DNA from: an uncultured Acidobacteriaceae bacterium
GTDB taxonomy: Bacteria; Acidobacteriota; Terriglobia; Terriglobales; Acidobacteriaceae
NCBI GenBank assembly: GCA_963779555.1
Contig: CAVZYS010000014.1
Location: 453,425-517,424, forward strand
Reading direction: 5' to 3'
Length of the DNA: 64,000 nt
Shown here piece by piece: positions 58,664 to 64,000 of the stretch. Below the pieces are notes generated by a model. It worked only from the letters and a program-made list of their open reading frames with translations. It did no database searches and was not told the DNA's origin. The first letter of the stretch is position 1, and each line of letters starts with the position of its first letter. Made by a program: the position numbers and the translations under genes.

Positions 58664-58820
58664 CTAGGCTCGCGCGAGTTGCGCGCGGCGGAGGGTCGGC
58701 AGGGTCTTGATCGACTTGCCCGACTTTTGCTGCGCCAGGCGAATTTCATACAGGCTTTGCAGATTCAGCCAAAACTCCGGCGAGGTGCCGAAGAAATGAG
58801 CCAGGCGCAGGGCGGTGTCC
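58664..58820 (-). pseudogene. 3' remnant of a HigA-family antitoxin gene
   Basis: Hand translation gives DTALRLAHFFGTSPEFWLNLQSLYEIRLAQQKSGKSIKTLPTLRRAQLARA*. The N-terminal HTH half is missing and is replaced by the heptamer array at 58826. Confidence 0.65.
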
Positions 58821-58825
58821 AAAAA

Positions 58826-58899
58826 AGTTGCCAGTGGCCGGTTGTCGGTTGTCAGTAAGAGCAGATCCCCCGCCCGCTGCGCGTGCGAGAGATGACAAA
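58826..58899 (+). repeat. composite repeat: heptamer array plus GGGATCTGC/GATGACAA motif
   Basis: agttgcc agtggcc ggttgtc ggttgtc agtaaga gcagatccccc...gagagatgacaaa. Inverted partner of 55561..55626. Confidence 0.75.
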
Positions 58900-58918
58900 T
58901 CTTTTAGGGGTGGGTGGC

Positions 58919-58938
58919 GGCACGGCGGAAGCCGTGCC
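58919..58938. repeat. GGCACGGC hairpin (REP-like)
   Basis: ggcacggc-ggaa-gccgtgcc, the same 8-bp stem as 49996..50015. Confidence 0.75.
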
Positions 58939-59194
58939 CTTTCAAAACACAAGAGCACCCGACGCCACCCTCGTTCTTATCACATCCATGCGTGATCTGC
59001 GTCCTTGCTGAGGAGCGCCGCTGCACTTACATTCGTCCATGGAAGAATGAGGGAGAGCTGTCGTCCATGTAGGCGACGGCCGGACTTTAACCCCCATTCC
59101 CAGTAGGAGCTTCGACCTGTGATCGGTCCAGTCCGTTCTCGATTTTCTGCCGATCTCCCCACCAACCTCCCCGTCCCGCCCCAGAAAGTCCCAC

Positions 59195-59281
59195 GTAAGC
59201 TCTTATTTCCCGATAATTTGCCTATAACTACTTTGTTTCCGATACTTTGCACTGGAAGTGTACCGTATCGTATTGAAAACA
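59195..59281 (-). repeat. copy C (core only, inverted) of the three-copy conserved intergenic element
   Basis: Its reverse complement shares tgttttcaat, gtgcaaag, agttatag and aag-ag-cttac with copies A and B at the same spacings (22 nt, and 40 versus 41 nt between blocks). Confidence 0.6.
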
Positions 59282-59427
59282 AAGGTTTAGGGGGAGGGGG
59301 GAGGGGGTACGCAACACCCTCCAATTCCCAATACGGGAATCCCGCGAAGATGGAATCACTGCGGCCTGGTTCGCTCCCAGCGTAAAATGCCGCTTCGTTC
59401 CTGGGTACGCACTTAGAGGTAATTGAC

Positions 59428-60186
59428 ATGCGCTACCAGAGTGGTTGCTGCTTCACGCTGCTGCTCGCCGCACTCGCAGGTTCTCCTTTGCTACGGGCGG
59501 CGCAAATCGATGTCTGGTCCAGCGGCGGCGTCCATCCGGTCATGCTCAAGGCGAACACCGCTTCCTCGACATGCGCGGAATGCCATAGTGACATCAGCAA
59601 AGGGAAGTACGTGCACAGCGCCCTGGAGATGGGATGCACGACGTGCCACCAGATCAAGACCGACAAGGGTGTCACACGCGTCAACCTGACCGCTCCCGCT
59701 CAGCAACTCTGTCTCTCGTGCCACTTGCTTGCTGAAGACAAGGTGCTGCATCGTCCTTACAAGTTGGGAGATTGCGTCGTTTGCCACTCCCCGCACTCGA
59801 GCGACTTTCCCGCACACACCTGGGCCGCCCATCAAGACATCTGCCTGGGATGCCATGCGCGGGCGCGTTTGAAGGTCGATGAAGCCAGCAAGACCGTGAC
59901 TGTGCCGTGGGGTGTCACCCTGACCTTCGACCAGATGAAGGGATGGCAGTACCTGAACCTGAACGCGACTCTGACGGCAAACCATCCCTCGGAGGGACAT
60001 CCAGTTTCGGGGCCTAATACCGCGCTCGGACCGAAAGCTCCGCCCATGACTTGCCTGTCGTGTCATAGTCCGCACGCGTCGAATTATGCGAACCTGTTGC
60101 CCAAGACGCCTCCCGATCCCAGCATGCCGTTGTGCAAGACCTGCGGGCTCTGTTCCGACTGCCACAAACAAATGTTCAAGAACTAA
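59428..60186 (+). CDS. multihaem c-type cytochrome (seven CxxCH motifs), secreted
   Basis: Signal peptide plus CAECH, CTTCH, CLSCH, CVVCH, CLGCH, CLSCH and CSDCH. Confidence 0.85.
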   Translation: MRYQSGCCFTLLLAALAGSPLLRAAQIDVWSSGGVHPVMLKANTASSTCAECHSDISKGKYVHSALEMGCTTCHQIKTDKGVTRVNLTAPAQQLCLSCHLLAEDKVLHRPYKLGDCVVCHSPHSSDFPAHTWAAHQDICLGCHARARLKVDEASKTVTVPWGVTLTFDQMKGWQYLNLNATLTANHPSEGHPVSGPNTALGPKAPPMTCLSCHSPHASNYANLLPKTPPDPSMPLCKTCGLCSDCHKQMFKN

Positions 60187-60413
60187 GCGGGCTATGTTCG
60201 CCCGCCCACAGAGTTGGATAACCGCCTCGGCATCTTAAGGAAGCCGGAGTGGGGCGCCGCCTCAAGAATTTTCCAGTAGGAGGCGCGGGGCGGCCAGCCG
60301 CCAGGTAGAAAGAAATAATGGTTGGCCAAACGACTTGACTTTGTGGCTATGCCAGCGGATGATTTCGCCGATCCAGCGGATGTCGAAGGAGCTGGATGTC
60401 GAAGGAGAATTTT

Positions 60414-61208
60414 ATGCGACCACTGAAATGGGTCCTGGCCTGCCTGTTCCTGGTGCTCCTGGGCCATAGCCTGGTGGGGCCGGCGGCGGCACAAACGTTC
60501 AATTCTCAGCCGGAGTTGATACCGGACTCCACGTCCTATTGGGATGACATGGTGAATTGGAAGCAGCAGTTTGTTCCCGACTCGCAGTCGTTTTGGGACA
60601 ATTCGAAGCACTGGACTACGAACTACGGACCCGCCTACCGCGATACGGTCGAGTTACCCACGCAAATGTTGGCGTGCACGGGGCAGTTCGCGCTCTGTTT
60701 TCATTCGGGTCCCGAGCCGTACCCCTGCACGCTGTCTCCGGACGGGCGCTCGGCTGATTGCAAATGCATGGTTCTGAACACGACCAACTACACGCTGAGC
60801 ACTGCAATTCTGAATTATCCGGTCTACCTTTCGACCTTTAACACTTGTGGTCAGTATGGTGCCAGCTGTCTGAAAACCAACCAGGCACCGGTTTGCAAAT
60901 TACTGCAGGGCGGAGCTCTGATTCCTGGCGCGGACGTAATCTCCACGTACGATCCCGATGCCAATACGGCGATCGCGAAGGCCCTGAACAAGCAGTCTCC
61001 GCTTACCACCTGTCCGAAAGCGCCCTTTGCCGGCTGTATGACCGCGCCGTGCACGATGAACTCGGACGGTTCCACCGCGACCTGCAAATGTCCGGTGTTC
61101 AATGGCAGGTTCATGCTTCAAGGAGCCGGGGCACAGTGTTCCCTGGGTGGCGATCTGATACCGTCTGCCTCCTACATTCCGCTGTTGGACCCCCATCCTA
61201 ACCAGTAA
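60414..61208 (+). CDS. secreted cysteine-rich hypothetical protein
   Basis: Signal peptide (MRPLKWVLACLFLVLLGHSLVGPAAA) and 14 Cys in the mature part. Start at 60414 is preceded by GGAG with 6-nt spacing. No domain recognised. Confidence 0.65.
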   Translation: MRPLKWVLACLFLVLLGHSLVGPAAAQTFNSQPELIPDSTSYWDDMVNWKQQFVPDSQSFWDNSKHWTTNYGPAYRDTVELPTQMLACTGQFALCFHSGPEPYPCTLSPDGRSADCKCMVLNTTNYTLSTAILNYPVYLSTFNTCGQYGASCLKTNQAPVCKLLQGGALIPGADVISTYDPDANTAIAKALNKQSPLTTCPKAPFAGCMTAPCTMNSDGSTATCKCPVFNGRFMLQGAGAQCSLGGDLIPSASYIPLLDPHPNQ

Positions 61209-61497
61209 ATGGTCGGATAGCATCGGCTCGTCTGGTGCCCCATCGATAAGAACGAAAGGCGCCGTCCACCGTGAAGTTTGGTGGGCGGCGCGACGCGGCT
61301 GGAGGAGTTTCGGCCTCGGTGATTTCGTTTTCACCACGGAGGCGCACAGGCCGCGGAGGAAGGAAGAAAGAAATTAAAGGATTCGATCGCGCTAAACGCG
61401 TCGCGCTGATTGAGCGGACAATCCTACTTGGGACGACCTTGCCCACGACTGGGGGAAGCCTATCGAACCCCTCAAGCCTGTCGTTGTCCAAGCGAAA

Positions 61498-61527
61498 GCA
61501 AATCCCTCGCTTCGCTGGTGATGACAA
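61498..61527 (+). repeat. GCANATCCCTC...GATGACAA motif copy
   Basis: gcaaatccctcgcttcgctggtgatgacaa matches the reverse complement of 55561..55590 (gcagatccctcacttcgttcgtgatgacaa) at 26 of 30 positions. Confidence 0.75.
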
Positions 61528-61736
61528 TTCATAATATTTCGGGCCTATCGCAAACCCACCGATGGGTGGGCGGCCCGGTCAACGCTCATCCTTGACCCGA
61601 TAGAAACAAAGGAAGCGTGCAACAGCAAATTTTGCAAATACAGCCGTGACCGAGATTAGGGCCGTGCACCACAGCACCGAGGCCAAGTGACCGGTTGCCT
61701 CGCCTCTCCAGCTCTGGTGCAATAGCAGCGGAGGTG

Positions 61737-62516
61737 ATGGTGCCGAGTCTTGCGTCGCTGTTGTCCGGAATACCCGACGAATTCAAGCCGCTGGCGTCGC
61801 TCGGTATAGGGGCGGTCATATTGGTGTGCCTGGTGCTGTTTCACGGAGCCGGCCTGCACCATATCATGCGAAGCACGCGAAGGGGCGAGCGGCGGTTGCT
61901 GACCGGCCGTCCTCATCTGCTGCGAGCGGGATTCGATTTTGGCTGGTCGATCTTCCTGATGTTGTCGCTGCATATCACGGAGATACTGATCTGGGCTTTC
62001 ACGTTGCGCCATCTCGGGTTCATCGCGCGCGTGCACGATGCGATTTACTTCTGCGCCAACGCCTACACCACGCTGGGCTACGGGACGGTTGCATTGGATC
62101 CGCAATGGAGAAATATCAGCCCCATCATCGCGATCTCGGGGCTGTTCACCTTTGCCTGGACGACGAGTGTGTTGGTCGACGTGGTGAGGAGCCACGGCGT
62201 GCTGGTGGACCAACTGGAAGACGAGCGGGCAAAACAGCTGCAGTTGAGGGCGGACACACGAATCGCGGTGCGGGACGCCGTCTCCGCCGAGAAGACGTCG
62301 GAACTTACCGAGAAAGCGCAAGACAGGCAGGATGACCGCGGTGTTCCGATGCTGGGACGATTCAGAAGATGGAAGCAGGAGCGGCGGAAGATTGAAGAGC
62401 TGAGGGTGGCGGAACGAGCGGATATCGAGAAGATCCTGCGGAAGGAGCACCAGGACGAAGACGCGCTGGGACCAGGAGTGCCGCCTCCAGGCTCGGTGGG
62501 CAAGAAGCCGAAGTAA
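61737..62516 (+). CDS. two-TM potassium channel family protein with charged coiled-coil tail
   Basis: Selectivity filter TTLGYG between two TM helices. The C-terminal ~110 aa are rich in E/R/K. Start uncertain (TTG 61695, GTG 61734 or ATG 61737). Confidence 0.75.
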   Translation: MVPSLASLLSGIPDEFKPLASLGIGAVILVCLVLFHGAGLHHIMRSTRRGERRLLTGRPHLLRAGFDFGWSIFLMLSLHITEILIWAFTLRHLGFIARVHDAIYFCANAYTTLGYGTVALDPQWRNISPIIAISGLFTFAWTTSVLVDVVRSHGVLVDQLEDERAKQLQLRADTRIAVRDAVSAEKTSELTEKAQDRQDDRGVPMLGRFRRWKQERRKIEELRVAERADIEKILRKEHQDEDALGPGVPPPGSVGKKPK

Positions 62517-62569
62517 GGCGTTCATCCGATGATTGCCTGAATGTGTGCCGTCTCGCCACGAGAACCCAG

Positions 62570-63565
62570 CTAAGCCCGGAAGGCTTTCTGCACCAGAGTG
62601 AAGCGGGCTGCGCCGATCAGTCCGGAATCGTCGTTCAGCACGATTTTGACTGGTATCGTCTCCAGCAGCTCCTTCATGCGGCCCTTGTCGAGGAAGGAGT
62701 CCATGAAAGCCGGCTCTTTCATTTTGGCTACGATCTTTCCCGCTATTCCAGCAACGAAGATGCCACCGGTCCCCATGAGTTTCAGGGCGCAGTTTCCGGC
62801 CTCGGAGCCGAAAACGCTGACGAAGATTGATAGCGTGCGGTCGCAGATCGGAGCTTTCTTGCTGAGGGCCAATTCCGAGATCAAGGCGGGAACGTCGGAA
62901 GCCGCGTCCAGTTCTTCCTTCAGCCATGCAGGCTCCGCTTCCTTGGAAGTGTCGCGGAGGAATTCGTACACGTTTTTAACGCCAGGGCCGGAGAGGATTC
63001 TTTCGTAACTCACATGCTGGTTGCCGTACTTCTTCATCAGGTACTGGAGGAGCTCGATCTCGACGTCGTTCTTGGGCGCGAATTCGGTGTGTCCACCTTC
63101 GCAGGCGAATGGGTGATGGCGAAATCCATCCCAGTAAAGGCCGGCCTCACCCAGTCCGGAGCCGGCAGATACGACGGCGATATTGCCTTCCGCGTCGCTC
63201 GACCCTTCGCTTATGGTCACGAAGTCCTTGGACTCAAGCGCGTCGATGCCGTAAGCGAGGGCCTCGAGATCATTGATCAATCCGACGGTGCGTAGTTTGA
63301 GTTGCGCGGCAAGTTCGCGCGAGTCGATCACCCAGGGAAGGTTGGAGATCTTGCTACGGCCGCCGCGGACAGGCCCGGCCACTCCGAAGCACGCGGACTG
63401 TGCCGGTATTCCCTCGGTCTTCACAAAGTCGGCGACAATTTCGGGAAGGCCATTGTGCTCACGGCTCGCGTAGATCTTCTCCACCACGCATTGGAGTCGA
63501 TTGCCATCGGTTTCGAAGGCCGCCAGTCTCGCGTTGGTTCCGCCGATATCGCCTGCCAGGATCAT
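62570..63565 (-). CDS. glk: glucokinase
   Basis: [18 protein letters not shown] and a ROK-less Glk pattern. The ATG at 63565 overlaps the zwf stop (ATGA). Confidence 0.85.
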   Translation of the reverse strand: MILAGDIGGTNARLAAFETDGNRLQCVVEKIYASREHNGLPEIVADFVKTEGIPAQSACFGVAGPVRGGRSKISNLPWVIDSRELAAQLKLRTVGLINDLEALAYGIDALESKDFVTISEGSSDAEGNIAVVSAGSGLGEAGLYWDGFRHHPFACEGGHTEFAPKNDVEIELLQYLMKKYGNQHVSYERILSGPGVKNVYEFLRDTSKEAEPAWLKEELDAASDVPALISELALSKKAPICDRTLSIFVSVFGSEAGNCALKLMGTGGIFVAGIAGKIVAKMKEPAFMDSFLDKGRMKELLETIPVKIVLNDDSGLIGAARFTLVQKAFRA

Positions 63566-64000
63566 TCGATTTTCCTCCAATGCCGGCCGTCGCGCTGCAT
63601 GAGGTCATCGGATTCCTTCGGCCCCCATGATCCTGCAACATAGTTAGGGAAATTGCGGGCTGGCAGCGCTCTCCAGACATCGATGACGGGGTCAAGGATC
63701 CTCCAGCCAGCTTCGACCATGTCGGCACGTTGAAATAATGTTGCGTCGCCGATCATGCAGTCGTAGAGCAGGACTTCATAGCCGGTGTAGGGTTCGGCGC
63801 CAAAATACTTGGAATACTCAAAGCTCATTTCGACCGAACCGAGGCGAAGCTGGGGACCGGGGATCTTCGCGCCAAAGCCAAGGGCCATGCCTTCGTCAGG
63901 CTGAATTTGAATGACCAACCGATTAGTTTGCAATTTGTGGACCGGGGTTTGGCGGAACAACTGGAACGGCGCTCGCTTGAATTGAATGTTGATTTCGGTG
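63562..64000 (-). CDS. zwf: glucose-6-phosphate dehydrogenase, C-terminal part (gene runs off the window end)
   Basis: ...[22 protein letters not shown]...[32 protein letters not shown]...[12 protein letters not shown] is the typical Zwf C-terminus. The frame stays open to 64000. Confidence 0.85.
   Translation of the reverse strand, partial: TEINIQFKRAPFQLFRQTPVHKLQTNRLVIQIQPDEGMALGFGAKIPGPQLRLGSVEMSFEYSKYFGAEPYTGYEVLLYDCMIGDATLFQRADMVEAGWRILDPVIDVWRALPARNFPNYVAGSWGPKESDDLMQRDGRHWRKIE

Noticed and set aside
55203-58860. CRISPR array or integron attC sites as an explanation for the short-period arrays
   Set aside because: The period is only 7 nt with no spacers, so it is not a CRISPR array. 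The units (GTTGTCA/GTTGCCA) do not fit the GTTRRRY integron core, and no integrase is present.
58980-59429. 149-aa minus-strand ORF in the gene-poor region upstream of the cytochrome gene
   Set aside because: It spans the conserved element copy C and the G/C tracts. Its composition is not protein-like and it has no motifs.

Overview
GC-rich (about 60% by eye) chromosomal segment that looks acidobacterial (Terriglobia-like), based on PEP-CTERM proteins, an acidobacterial-type VWA protein and dense short-period intergenic repeats. From left to right it holds: (i) a minus-strand exopolysaccharide export/priming operon headed by a NusG/UpxY-like antiterminator (1-9118); (ii) housekeeping and envelope genes (sodC, galE, aminotransferase, GT, HtrA, cfa, MFS, SCFA transporter); (iii) an ECF sigma/anti-sigma module; (iv) an AT-richer accessory patch at 28.2-33.4 kb with a class-3 lipase, a DUF4157-type polymorphic toxin with a candidate immunity gene, and an animal-haem-peroxidase homologue; (v) a bamA/surA-like/tamB operon, pcm, uvrC and an OmpA-like lipoprotein; (vi) a dnaK-dnaJ-GNAT-hspR operon with a HAIR-like operator over its promoter; (vii) a toxin-antitoxin/defence patch at 54.5-58.9 kb (AbrB-Doc, orphan HicB, Doc and HigA remnants, PIN-like protein, Mrr) bracketed by inverted repeat elements; (viii) a multihaem cytochrome c, a Cys-rich secreted protein, a K+ channel, glk and zwf. 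I recognised no rRNA, tRNA or CRISPR array. Most worth a second look: the toxin/immunity candidate; a three-copy intergenic element with a covarying stem; the repeat-bracketed TA/defence cassette; a Doc toxin with a degenerate catalytic motif; and seven frame disruptions, including uvrC and a Wzc-like kinase, which most likely reflect assembly indels but need read-level checking. All domain calls come from reading motifs in the translations. No database search was run.
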